From contig JALWLB010000098.1 of assembly GCA_027081145.1 (NCBI GenBank), positions 1 through 46,786 on the forward strand: a DNA stretch of 46,786 bases, in the 5' to 3' direction. Numbering within the stretch: the stretch's first letter is position 1; each line of letters begins with the position of its first letter. This document shows, piece by piece, positions 1 through 8,921 of this stretch. Source of the DNA: Campylobacterales bacterium. Lineage in GTDB: Bacteria; Campylobacterota; Campylobacteria; Campylobacterales; QNZT01. A program made the position numbers and the translations under genes. The notes under the pieces are model-generated. The model worked only from the letters and a program-made list of their open reading frames with translations, had not been told where the DNA came from and did no database searches.

Positions 1-9
1 TATAAAAAG

Positions 10-156
10 ATAAACAGGGACAGGCTACTTTTTTGTCTAGCAGATAACTTTTTTCTATTTCTTATTGGATTTGCTCTTAAATCCAAAATAACATAGAAAA
101 AGTTGAGGGTCAAAGTGCAACTATTACTTATTTAAAAGTAGCCTGTCCCTATTTAT
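10..156. repeat. Hairpin inverted-repeat element A. Arms are ATAAACAGGGACAGGCTACTTTT (10-32) and AAAAGTAGCCTGTCCCTATTTAT (134-156), with 1 mismatch. The ~101-nt spacer contains an inner 8-bp hairpin (65-72 / 79-86).
   Basis: Arms read directly from the sequence. The GC-rich core GGGACAGGCTACTTT recurs at 2319-2333 and inverted at 2408-2422. The element lies just 3' of the minus-strand lnt-like gene and is followed on the minus strand by a T-rich run. Confidence 0.85.
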
Positions 157-191
157 TAATATCACAATTGGCTACATGATATCTTGATTTT

Positions 192-1595
192 TCAAGTACT
201 TCTCAACACCTTTATCCCAACAAATCCCAAAAATAGAAGCAACACCATAGGAAAGATATCTCCAACCTTACTATAAAGCGTCTTTACCCGTTTTGTAGGA
301 ATTGATGCTATCATGATACGCTCATTCTCTTCAAAATAGCTCATCGATGCTCTCACTCTGCCATACGCATCAAAAGCATACGAAGTTGCACCTCGTACTG
401 GACGAAGTAAGCTATATCCACCCTCAATTGCTCTTACCATCGCCATTTTTCCATGGATATGATCTATCCCTCTCCAATCACTTGAAGGAACTACTGCAAT
501 GTCTATTCCTTTTTTGGCTAACTCTCGTCCTAGACTTGGAAAATCAAAGTCATAACAGATAGCACCTGAGATATTTATCTTATCATGATAAATGACTTTA
601 GCTATTTTTTCGCCCTTTATCGCTCCCTCTCCAGGAACTGGATGATACTTAAAGTAGCTGTCAATTACCTCTCCTTTTTGGATATAAAGATATTTGTTTT
701 CAAACTTTTTGATACCATCTATTGGAACGATATATGCGATAACCAAATCCACGCCACTTTTTTGTGAAATGGCTTTTAGTTGCTTGATAAACACCTCTTC
801 ATCATTTTTAAATACAATCGTAGCACCCTCATTCCATGCTACCAATTTTGCTCCATAGCTGATAGCTTGTTTTGTTTTGTCTATGAGTGTTTGTGTGCCT
901 TTTTGTAAATATGATTTTTTAGGAATTTTCTCTTGGGTAATTTGCATATCACTAACAATAGCGGCTACTTTTAGAGTTGGTGATTTTTGAGCATTTTCCA
1001 AACGAAATACACCATAAGTGTAAAAAATAGTATAGATGCCTATCATAATAAGAGCAGGTTTTAGCAATTCTTTTTTATCTTTTATGAGTATAAAAGAAGC
1101 GATAAATGCAGAAGAGAGATAGATAAAAAAAGAGCCAAGTGTGATACCAAAAAGAGAGCTCATCTGCAAAAATGCTAAATCATGTAGCTTGGTATAACTC
1201 ATCGCTCCCCATGAGCCAAGCTCACTAGTATAATATGTCAACCACTCCGAAACCGACATCAATGAGGCAAAGAAAAATACCCCCATCAATTCGCTTATGC
1301 GAACTCTTATCTTTTCATATATCCACAAAATCACAAAACTTCCCACTGCCATAGGAGCAGAAAAAAGTAGTGCCATTATATAAGGCATAGGCTCTGTCAC
1401 AATCTTTGAAACTTGCAAAAAATACGCCACTTGAAACAAAACAAAGATCGACAACCACCCTTTTATACCTCTACTATCTCTCACCAAAATCAAAAGAGGC
1501 ACATACATCACCCATGCCAAGATACTTACATTATAACGCATCCCCACAAGAGCGATAAAAAGCACACTTAAACTCCATAAAAAAGCCCTATTCAT
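192..1595 (-). CDS. lnt: Apolipoprotein N-acyltransferase-like membrane protein (Lnt / carbon-nitrogen hydrolase family)
   Basis: The ~200-aa N-terminus is polytopic and hydrophobic. The CN-hydrolase domain has Glu (VAWNEGA) and Cys (ICYDFDFP) motifs, and there is a terminal TM helix. The start overlaps the tetR stop by 4 nt. Confidence 0.6.
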   Translation of the reverse strand: MNRAFLWSLSVLFIALVGMRYNVSILAWVMYVPLLILVRDSRGIKGWLSIFVLFQVAYFLQVSKIVTEPMPYIMALLFSAPMAVGSFVILWIYEKIRVRISELMGVFFFASLMSVSEWLTYYTSELGSWGAMSYTKLHDLAFLQMSSLFGITLGSFFIYLSSAFIASFILIKDKKELLKPALIMIGIYTIFYTYGVFRLENAQKSPTLKVAAIVSDMQITQEKIPKKSYLQKGTQTLIDKTKQAISYGAKLVAWNEGATIVFKNDEEVFIKQLKAISQKSGVDLVIAYIVPIDGIKKFENKYLYIQKGEVIDSYFKYHPVPGEGAIKGEKIAKVIYHDKINISGAICYDFDFPSLGRELAKKGIDIAVVPSSDWRGIDHIHGKMAMVRAIEGGYSLLRPVRGATSYAFDAYGRVRASMSYFEENERIMIASIPTKRVKTLYSKVGDIFPMVLLLFLGFVGIKVLRST

Positions 1596-2263
1596 TTTAC
1601 AACCTTTTCAAATATCAAATTTAACTCTGCTTCAAATAGTGCAGGAAGTTGTTTTGCATCATGTTTTAATACCAAAAGAGAAGTACCAAAAAAAAGAGAT
1701 GATAATATCAAAAAAAGAAGCTCTTCATCCACTTCGTTTTTAAGCTCACCATTTGCCTTTGCTTGTGCGATCAATGATGGCAATATACTCTCTAATCCCA
1801 TCCCCTCGATCTTTTCAACTCCCTCAATCTCTTCAAAAAAGAGCCACTTTTCCGCTACAGTTATCTGATGAGCTTTTGTATTTGTCTTTCCAGCATGAAA
1901 AGCGATGATCTCTAACATGATTTGAGGATGAGCAGAGATATCTTTGGCTGATTCGATAAATATTGTTTTGATAGCTTTTACAAAAGAGTTGCTTTGTGCT
2001 TGAACTTTACTAGCTAAATGTTGCATCTGTATAGACCACATCTGAATAAAATAGACCAACATATCTTGCTTAGAATCAAAATAGTTAAAAAAAGTCGGCT
2101 CAGAAACTTCGGCTTTGTATGTAAGATCTTTTATCATGATAAAAGAGAGCTCTTTAGTCTCTAACTCATCTAACAAAGCATTTAAAAGTGCCGTTTTTGT
2201 TTTGGCAAATTTCTTTTGTCGTTGCGGTAGGGCATTAAATTTTTCTCTGTTTGTTGTTTTCAT
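1592..2263 (-). CDS. TetR/AcrR family transcriptional regulator
   Basis: N-terminal HTH (IKDLTYKAEVSEPTFFNYFDSKQDML) followed by an all-helical ligand domain of ~220 aa. It is translationally coupled to the downstream lnt-like gene. Confidence 0.8.
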   Translation of the reverse strand: MKTTNREKFNALPQRQKKFAKTKTALLNALLDELETKELSFIMIKDLTYKAEVSEPTFFNYFDSKQDMLVYFIQMWSIQMQHLASKVQAQSNSFVKAIKTIFIESAKDISAHPQIMLEIIAFHAGKTNTKAHQITVAEKWLFFEEIEGVEKIEGMGLESILPSLIAQAKANGELKNEVDEELLFLILSSLFFGTSLLVLKHDAKQLPALFEAELNLIFEKVVK

Positions 2264-2269
2264 AATAAA

Positions 2270-2298
2270 ATTATAGCCAAATATATTTTTATAGTCAA
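2270..2298 (-). promoter_or_regulatory. Sigma70-type promoter of tetR-lnt. On the minus strand it reads TTGACT (2298-2293), 17 nt, TATAAT (2275-2270), with only 6 nt to the tetR ATG (2263). The 14-bp palindrome TATAGTTGACTATA (2290-2303) overlaps the -35.
   Basis: Near-consensus hexamers with 17-nt spacing, read directly from the sequence. There is no Shine-Dalgarno before the ATG. The palindrome is a plausible TetR operator. Confidence 0.5.
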
Positions 2299-2313
2299 CT
2301 ATAATTATAAAGA

Positions 2314-2427
2314 AAATGGGGACAGGCTACTTTTATTTGATTTACAAACTATCGTATATCATGTAGGATAAATAAAACGGGATACTTTTTTACTCCTACT
2401 GTATATAAAGTAGCCTGTCCCTATTTA
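2314..2427. repeat. Hairpin inverted-repeat element B. The core arms are GGGACAGGCTACTTT (2319-2333) and AAAGTAGCCTGTCCC (2408-2422), extendable to ~20 nt with 1 mismatch, with a ~74-nt spacer.
   Basis: Same arm sequence and orientation as element A but an unrelated spacer. The spacer contains ATATCATGTAG (2356-2366). The element fills the gap between the mltG stop and the tetR promoter. Confidence 0.85.
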
Positions 2428-2435
2428 TTTAAATT

Positions 2436-3392
2436 CTATTTCATATTTCTAAGTTTATTGATATTTTCTAAATGCTCTTTATAGCTATGAGTAAAATTAT
2501 GTTTATGATCAGTTGATTTAACAAAATAGAGATAGTTCACATCTGCTGGAGCTAGTGCTGCATTTATACTATTTTCATCAACTGAACATATTGGATGAGG
2601 GGGAAGAGCTGGAATTTTGTAAGTGTTAAATTGCGAGTCATCATCTCTTATTCTTTTGCTCGTTATCTTTTTTCTTGAGTATTTTCCATAATTTAGTGCT
2701 CCATCCATCTGAAGCTTCATACCAATTTTTAATCTATTGTATATAACAGCTGAGATAAGATCCATCTCTGAAACTAAAACTGCCTCTTTTTGTATGATAG
2801 AGGCTATTGTTACATACTTTTCAAACCACTCTTTTTGATCATATTTATTAAAAACTTTCAAAGCAAAATTTTTATGCCATGATAGCGAATAATCAACCAA
2901 AAACTTTATCAAACTTTTTTCATTAATATCTATTGGCACTTTATAAGTATTTGCTACAAGTACACCATCTGGATATGGAGCCAATTTATCATACTCTTGA
3001 TATAAAAGAGTTATATTTAAATCAAACTTTTTCGCAACCTCTTGAAAAAAGATATCTTTAGTCTCACCTGGAATTAAGGTGATAGATTTTAGTGCAACTT
3101 TAGAATGGGTTAATTTATACAAAAATTCCGCTCTAGTTAAAGAGTTAGATTGTAAATCAATCCAACCAGCTTGTAAATATCCAAAAAATGGTATTAAATA
3201 TCGATCAAATGGACCAATTTGTGAAAAATTTTTCTCCAAATATGATAGCGTTTGAGTAGTAGAGCCTTTTGGAATAAAAATCAACTTCTTTGTAGTTATA
3301 TTTTCATCCAAATAGGCTTTAAAAAATAATAAGACAAATACAAAAAAGATAAGTAAAAATTCAACTATAAAAAATGGTATAAGTCTTATCAT
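2436..3392 (-). CDS. mltG: Endolytic peptidoglycan transglycosylase MltG (YceG-like)
   Basis: Single N-terminal TM helix and a YceG-type C-terminal region (ASIIQKEA...NRL...LQMDGALNYG...YNTY). GAGG Shine-Dalgarno upstream. Confidence 0.75.
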   Translation of the reverse strand: MIRLIPFFIVEFLLIFFVFVLLFFKAYLDENITTKKLIFIPKGSTTQTLSYLEKNFSQIGPFDRYLIPFFGYLQAGWIDLQSNSLTRAEFLYKLTHSKVALKSITLIPGETKDIFFQEVAKKFDLNITLLYQEYDKLAPYPDGVLVANTYKVPIDINEKSLIKFLVDYSLSWHKNFALKVFNKYDQKEWFEKYVTIASIIQKEAVLVSEMDLISAVIYNRLKIGMKLQMDGALNYGKYSRKKITSKRIRDDDSQFNTYKIPALPPHPICSVDENSINAALAPADVNYLYFVKSTDHKHNFTHSYKEHLENINKLRNMK

Positions 3393-3411
3393 GTAACCTC
3401 AAAAGTAAAAT

Positions 3412-3843
3412 TTACAACTGTGTTTGGCAATATCCACACTTTTTAGCATCAATTGGAATCTCCATAGCACAAGTTGAACACTTTTTGCTAGTTGGTATCT
3501 TTACCTCCTCTTCTGTTTTTTGCATATTATTAATAGTTTTTACCATTATAAATACCACAAAACCCAAAATCACAAAAGAGATAGCATCATTTATAAATAC
3601 ACCATACTTGATAGCTGGAGCTCCTGCTTTATTTAAAGCATCTAATGAAGCATACTCTTTTCCATCAAGTGCTATAAAAAGATTTGAAAAATCAACATTA
3701 CCAAGCAACAATCCAATTGGTGGCATTATAACATTATCTACTAAAGATTTAACAATAGTACCAAATGCTGCACCAAATATAAAACCAACTGCCATATCAA
3801 CAGCACTACCTTTGAGTAAAAACTTTTTAAACTCTTCTATCAT
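3412..3843 (-). CDS. mscL: Large-conductance mechanosensitive channel MscL with a C-terminal CxxC...CxxC zinc-ribbon tail
   Basis: MIEEFKKFLLKGSAVDMAVGFIFGAAFG is the canonical MscL N-terminus. I chose the internal ATG at 3843 because AAGGAGG sits 5 nt upstream. The tail is CSTCAMEIPIDAKKCGYCQ. Confidence 0.85.
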   Translation of the reverse strand: MIEEFKKFLLKGSAVDMAVGFIFGAAFGTIVKSLVDNVIMPPIGLLLGNVDFSNLFIALDGKEYASLDALNKAGAPAIKYGVFINDAISFVILGFVVFIMVKTINNMQKTEEEVKIPTSKKCSTCAMEIPIDAKKCGYCQTQL

Positions 3844-3872
3844 GTAAACCTCCTTATGTAAAATAAGTTTAC

Positions 3873-3881
3873 ATTTTAACA
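3873..3881 (-). promoter_or_regulatory. Candidate extended -10 (TGTTAAAAT on the minus strand) for mscL
   Basis: TGn + TAAAAT about 30 nt upstream of the mscL ATG. There is no clear -35, which is usual for this phylum. Confidence 0.3.
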
Positions 3882-3930
3882 AAAATAAGAAGGAAGATAA
3901 ATTATTTTAAAAACTAGATAAAAAATTGAA

Positions 3931-3961
3931 GATTTTAAAAGGCAGGTTTATCACCCGCCTT
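3931..3961 (-). terminator. Rho-independent terminator after acnB
   Basis: On the minus strand: AAGGCGGG-UGAUAAA-CCUGCCUU (8-bp stem with one G-U pair) followed by UU and then AAAA. It starts 4 nt after the acnB stop. Confidence 0.5.
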
Positions 3962-3964
3962 AAA

Positions 3965-6532
3965 CTATTTCACAAGAGAGTTTAATGTTTCTTCACTTAC
4001 TTCATTAAAATTAAGATACCTATAAACATTATCAGATACATCAGGAGTGATTTTTTGAGATACTTTTGCTAAATACTCCTCTTTTGTAGGAATTCTACCA
4101 AGCAAAGCTACAACTGCGGCAACTTCTGCACTTCCCAAATAGACTCTTGCACCATTTCCAAGTCTATTATCAAAGTTTCTAGTACTTGTTGAAAATACCA
4201 CAGCATTATCAGCAACTCTAGCTTGATTACCCATACAAAGTGAGCATCCAGGTACCTCTGTTCTAGCTCCAGAAGCTCCATAAATAGAGTAGTATCCCTC
4301 CTCTTGTAAAGTCTTTTCATCCATTTTTGTTGGAGGACAAACCCACAATCTGGTTGAAACTTGTCCTTCACCTTTTAAAACCTCTCCAAGTGCACGAAAT
4401 AGACCAATATTTGTCATACAACTTCCAACAAAAACCTCATCTATCTCTTTTTCTCTTCTCTCATCTGCTAAAATTTCACTCAAAGTAGCAACATCATCAG
4501 GATCATTTGGACAAGCTAAAATAGGTTCAGTTATCTCATTTAGATCAATCTCAATTATAGCTTTATATTTTGCATCTTTATCAGCCTCTAAAAGTGTAGG
4601 ATTATCAAGCCATGCTCTCATTTTATCGATTCTGTTTTGAATAGTTCTAGCATCTTGATAACCAACTTTTATCATCTCTTCTAAAAGGGCTATATTTGAT
4701 TTTAAATACTCAATTATAGGCTCTTTATTTAATTTTACTGTACAAGCTGCTGCACTTCTCTCAGCCGAAGCATCACTTAGCTCAAACGCTTGTTCACATT
4801 TGAGATCTTCAAGTCCCTCTATCTCTAAAATTCTTCCTGCAAAGATATTTTTTTTACCCTTTTTCTCAACTGTCAAAAGACCCTCTTTTATAGCTTGATA
4901 AGGTATAGCATTTACCAAATCTCTTAAAGTAATTCCCGGTTGCATTTTACCTTTAAATCTAACTAGTACCGATTCTGGCATATTTAAAGGCATACTTCCA
5001 GTAACACCAGCAAACGCCACAAGCCCACTACCAGCAGGAAATGAGATTCCTATTGGAAATCTTGTATGTGAGTCTGCTCCAGTTCCTACAGTATCTGGCA
5101 AACACATTCTATTTAACCATGAGTGAATAACCCCATCACCCGGTTTTAATATAACTCCACCTCTTGAAGTCCAAAATTTTGGAAGTGTGTGTTGAAACTC
5201 TATATCTGATGGTTTTGGATAAGCTGCCGTATGGCAAAATGTTTGAAGAACTAAATCGGCTCCAAAACTTAAAGCAGCCAACTCTTTTATCTCATCTCTT
5301 GTCATTGGTCCAGTAGTATCTTGAGATCCAACTGTTACAGTAACAGGCTCACAATAGGTTCCAGGCTTTACCCCCTCAACTCCACAAGCTTTTCCTACCA
5401 TTTTTTGAGCTAGAGTATAACCACTTCCATCATCTTCTGGTTGATCAGGTGTAGCAAAGATATCAATTGGACCAAGCTTTAATGCTTCTCTTGCTTTAAC
5501 TGTTAAATTTCTTCCTATAATTAACGGTATTCTTCCACCTGCTCTTACCTCATCTATAAGTGTTTTTGGCTCCAATTTAAACTCACTTACAACTTCACCA
5601 TCTTTTTCTATTACACCCTCATAAGGCTTTATAGTAATTACATCACCCATCTCAAGCTTATCAACTGGAGCTTGAATAGGAAGTGCTCCACTATCTTCAG
5701 CAGTATTAAAAAATATAGGAGCAATAGTTGAGCCAATTACAACTCCGCCTGTTCTTTTATTGGGAACACCAGGAATATCTTCACCCATGTGCCACTGCAC
5801 TGAGTTTATTCCAGATTTTCTTGAACTTCCAGTTCCTACAACATCTCCAACATAAGCAACCGGATATCCCAACTCTTTTAACTTAGCAATTGTCTCTAAT
5901 GGTTTCTCCATCTTTGCCTGTAACATAGAGTTTGCATGCAAAGGAATATCACTTCTTGTAAAAGCTTCACTAGCTGGAGATAAATCATCTGTATTTGTTT
6001 CGCCAGGAACTTTAAAAACGGTAACTTTAATCTCATCTGGCAGTGTCTCTTTAGAGGTAAACCACTCAGCATTTGCCCAAGACTCTATAACCTCTTTGGC
6101 ATATTTGTTTCCCTTATCCATCAAATCTTTTACATCATTAAAACTATCATATACCAAAAGTGTATGTTTAAGCTCTTTAGCAGCATAAGATGCAATATCT
6201 TCTATTTTCAAAGCCTCTATCAAAGGCTTTACATTATATCCACCAAGCATTGTACCAAGTATTTGGATAGCCTTTTTCTTATCTATAATGCTACATGAAA
6301 CTCTATCTTGAATAATATCATGTAAAAAAGATGCTTTAATATAAGCCGAATCATCAACTCCAGGATTAATTCTATTTTCAAAAAGATCAAGTAAATAATC
6401 ACCATCTTCAATATTATCAGCTTTTAAAAGTTCAACCAACTCTTCTGTCTGTTTCACATTTAGAGGAAGTGGAGGAACATTTAATTTTTCTCTCTCTAGC
6501 GTATGCTCTTTGTACTCTTTTATTAAGCCCAT
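3965..6532 (-). CDS. acnB: Aconitate hydratase B (bifunctional aconitase 2 / 2-methylisocitrate dehydratase)
   Basis: ~855 aa with the AcnB-specific N-terminal domain ([22 protein letters not shown]) and Fe-S ligand regions ([16 protein letters not shown]). The ATG at 6532 is preceded by GAAGGAG. Confidence 0.9.
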   Translation of the reverse strand: MGLIKEYKEHTLEREKLNVPPLPLNVKQTEELVELLKADNIEDGDYLLDLFENRINPGVDDSAYIKASFLHDIIQDRVSCSIIDKKKAIQILGTMLGGYNVKPLIEALKIEDIASYAAKELKHTLLVYDSFNDVKDLMDKGNKYAKEVIESWANAEWFTSKETLPDEIKVTVFKVPGETNTDDLSPASEAFTRSDIPLHANSMLQAKMEKPLETIAKLKELGYPVAYVGDVVGTGSSRKSGINSVQWHMGEDIPGVPNKRTGGVVIGSTIAPIFFNTAEDSGALPIQAPVDKLEMGDVITIKPYEGVIEKDGEVVSEFKLEPKTLIDEVRAGGRIPLIIGRNLTVKAREALKLGPIDIFATPDQPEDDGSGYTLAQKMVGKACGVEGVKPGTYCEPVTVTVGSQDTTGPMTRDEIKELAALSFGADLVLQTFCHTAAYPKPSDIEFQHTLPKFWTSRGGVILKPGDGVIHSWLNRMCLPDTVGTGADSHTRFPIGISFPAGSGLVAFAGVTGSMPLNMPESVLVRFKGKMQPGITLRDLVNAIPYQAIKEGLLTVEKKGKKNIFAGRILEIEGLEDLKCEQAFELSDASAERSAAACTVKLNKEPIIEYLKSNIALLEEMIKVGYQDARTIQNRIDKMRAWLDNPTLLEADKDAKYKAIIEIDLNEITEPILACPNDPDDVATLSEILADERREKEIDEVFVGSCMTNIGLFRALGEVLKGEGQVSTRLWVCPPTKMDEKTLQEEGYYSIYGASGARTEVPGCSLCMGNQARVADNAVVFSTSTRNFDNRLGNGARVYLGSAEVAAVVALLGRIPTKEEYLAKVSQKITPDVSDNVYRYLNFNEVSEETLNSLVK

Positions 6533-6646
6533 AAAAACTCCTTCAAAAATTGTCGTTATATAATACAAAAAAATCTTATGAGATAAGTTGTAAAGTTACT
6601 ATTGGTTACAAATAGAATTTAATTGTTCTATTAAGGTTACAAATTG

Positions 6647-8758
6647 TTACAATATCTCTCTTTGACCTTTCACATTTGGAGCAGATAAAACTCCAGTCAT
6701 CTCCAACTGCTCTATAATTTTGGCTGAGCGATTATAACCAATTTGTAACTTTCTTTGTAGATAACTAATAGATGTCTTTTTATCATTTAAGATTATCTTT
6801 TTAGCCTCATCATACAAAGGATCAAAGCTATCATCTACACTAGCTTGTGAAGTTGCACTTTTTGTATCTTTAGCTTGTGCATCTGATCCAATTAGATATG
6901 ATTCATCATACTCAGCCTCTCTTTGTGCTTTTAAAAACTCTACAACTCTTTCTACCTCTTTTTCAGTAACAAATGGAGCATGAAGCCTTATAAGTCCACT
7001 TCCACCCGGCAGTGTAAAAAGCATATCTCCTCTACCCAAGAGTGATTCTGCTCCAGTTGAGTCAACAATAACTTTACTATCTATCTTTGTTCCAACACGA
7101 AAACTGATTCTACTAGGCAAATTTGCTTTTATAAGTCCTGTTACAACATCAACCGATGGTCTTTGAGTTGCAACTATTAGATGAATTCCACTTGCTCTTG
7201 CCATTTGAGCTAATCTTGCTATATAAAACTCAACATCTTTTCCACTTGTCATCATCAAATCAGCCAACTCATCAATAATAACAACTATATAAGCAAACTC
7301 TTCAAACCCCTCTTTTCTTGCTTTTTTATTGTAACTATCGATATTTTTAGTTTTGGTTTTACTCATAAGCTTATACCGTTTTTCCATTTCAGAGACCATA
7401 TTTGCTAATGCAATAATTGCCTGTTTAGGGCTAGTTATAACTGGCGTTAATAGATGAGGAATATCATTATAGATTGAAAACTCTAATAATTTAGGATCAA
7501 TCATCAAAAGTTTTAACTGATCTGGTGAGTTTTTATACAAAAGTGAAATAAGCATAGAGTTGATTCCAACACTTTTACCACTTCCTGTTGTTCCAGCTAT
7601 CAATAAGTGAGGCAACTTTTTTAAATCTGTGATAAATGGATTTCCAACTATATCTTTACCAAGTGCTAAAGTTAGCTCTGAACTTGCCTCTTGATAAATT
7701 TTACTCTCAAGCACCTCTTTTAGAGATATGGTTTGAATTGATCTATTTGGTATCTCAATACCAACAACATTTTTACCAGGTATTGGAGCTTGCATTCTTA
7801 TTGTTTGAGCTTTTAGTGCCATTGCCAAATCATCTTGTAAATTTAAAATTTTTGAGATTTTTATATTAGGAGCTGGTAAAAACTCAAAAGTGGTAACAAT
7901 TGGACCTGAATATGTTCTAACAATATCTCCATCAATTTTAAACTGTTTTAACTTTTCTAATAAATCATTAATCTTTTTATCTATCTCTGTTCCGCTTATT
8001 TTATGTTTAGACTTGGGTGCAGGCTGTAAAAGATCCAAACTTGGCAATTTAAAATTTTTAGGAACTACTTTATCGCCTCTATCAATTTGATCTAAATACC
8101 TTTTATTCTCATCCAACTCTTTAACAAATTGAACATTATGTGATGATTTTTGTCTGCTTAATTTTTGAGTCTCCTCTTTTATAGATTTTAATTTTTGAGC
8201 TATCTCTTTTTTTGATTCTTGCAAAGAGCTATCTTTTGTACTACTCTGTTTTTGTTCTGTTTTTGGTTTTAGTTTTGGCTTCATAGGAATATTTTTTAAC
8301 GGTTTTGGCTGATTTTTATTCATAAGGTTTTTAACACTTATAAATTGATTTTTACCCTCAATTTGATCAAACTTCTCTTTTATCTTTTTTAAAACAAAAT
8401 TAAATCCATTCAATACATCTTGAAAAGTAAGCTCTGTCAAAATACCCAAAGATAAAAATGTAGAAAATATTATAAATATCCAAACACCAGAAGTTCCAAC
8501 ATATCCATGTAAAAAATCTACTACCAAAAATCCTATTTCGCCTCTAAATTTTCCATCAATAACTTGAGCTTGAAAAATCAATAATGAAAACAGTAGCAAT
8601 AAAGAAGCTAAAGTAATTTCAGTCTGTCTTTGTTTAGTATATTCATCTTTTACAGCAAATATAGTAGGAGCTAATAACATAAGAGGATATACAAACCCAA
8701 CATAACCAAAATACTCTCTATTAAAATTTCCTAAAGTTGTTCCAATACCCCCTACCAT
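6647..8758 (-). CDS. ftsK: DNA translocase FtsK/SpoIIIE. Coordinates run from the first ATG, but the true start is probably ~28 codons upstream (see findings).
   Basis: Walker A (GTTGSGKSV), Walker B (VVIIDELADLM), the ATQRPS motif and a C-terminal winged-helix gamma domain (SISYLQRKLQIGYNRSAKIIEQLE). N-terminal TM helices and a K/Q-rich linker. Confidence 0.9.
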   Translation of the reverse strand: MVGGIGTTLGNFNREYFGYVGFVYPLMLLAPTIFAVKDEYTKQRQTEITLASLLLLFSLLIFQAQVIDGKFRGEIGFLVVDFLHGYVGTSGVWIFIIFSTFLSLGILTELTFQDVLNGFNFVLKKIKEKFDQIEGKNQFISVKNLMNKNQPKPLKNIPMKPKLKPKTEQKQSSTKDSSLQESKKEIAQKLKSIKEETQKLSRQKSSHNVQFVKELDENKRYLDQIDRGDKVVPKNFKLPSLDLLQPAPKSKHKISGTEIDKKINDLLEKLKQFKIDGDIVRTYSGPIVTTFEFLPAPNIKISKILNLQDDLAMALKAQTIRMQAPIPGKNVVGIEIPNRSIQTISLKEVLESKIYQEASSELTLALGKDIVGNPFITDLKKLPHLLIAGTTGSGKSVGINSMLISLLYKNSPDQLKLLMIDPKLLEFSIYNDIPHLLTPVITSPKQAIIALANMVSEMEKRYKLMSKTKTKNIDSYNKKARKEGFEEFAYIVVIIDELADLMMTSGKDVEFYIARLAQMARASGIHLIVATQRPSVDVVTGLIKANLPSRISFRVGTKIDSKVIVDSTGAESLLGRGDMLFTLPGGSGLIRLHAPFVTEKEVERVVEFLKAQREAEYDESYLIGSDAQAKDTKSATSQASVDDSFDPLYDEAKKIILNDKKTSISYLQRKLQIGYNRSAKIIEQLEMTGVLSAPNVKGQREIL

Positions 8759-8867
8759 TGAAGAGTCTGGAAATATGGTAGAGATCCAAAAAAATATTAA
8801 AATAGAAGCCGTAGTGTATAATGCAATTTTTTTTAAAATAATTTACCCTTTGGTCTAATTTTGTACA

Positions 8868-8876
8868 ATTATACCA
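8868..8876 (-). promoter_or_regulatory. Candidate extended -10 promoter (TGGTATAAT on the minus strand) for ftsK
   Basis: A perfect TGnTATAAT lies ~20 nt upstream of an AAAGGG Shine-Dalgarno (8851-8846). Confidence 0.45.
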
Positions 8877-8921
8877 AAAAAATATTATGTCATCTCTAAA
8901 AAATTTTACCTTATAAATACT

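Noticed and set aside
10-2430. Hairpin elements considered as integron attC sites, IS/MITE terminal repeats with target-site duplications, or an invertible promoter switch
   Set aside because: The arms do not carry RYYYAAC/GTTRRRY attC cores. I see no flanking direct duplications, and no integrase, invertase or transposase is in the window. The spacers of the two copies are unrelated, unlike classical MITEs. The elements are kept as an open finding rather than called as a mobile element.
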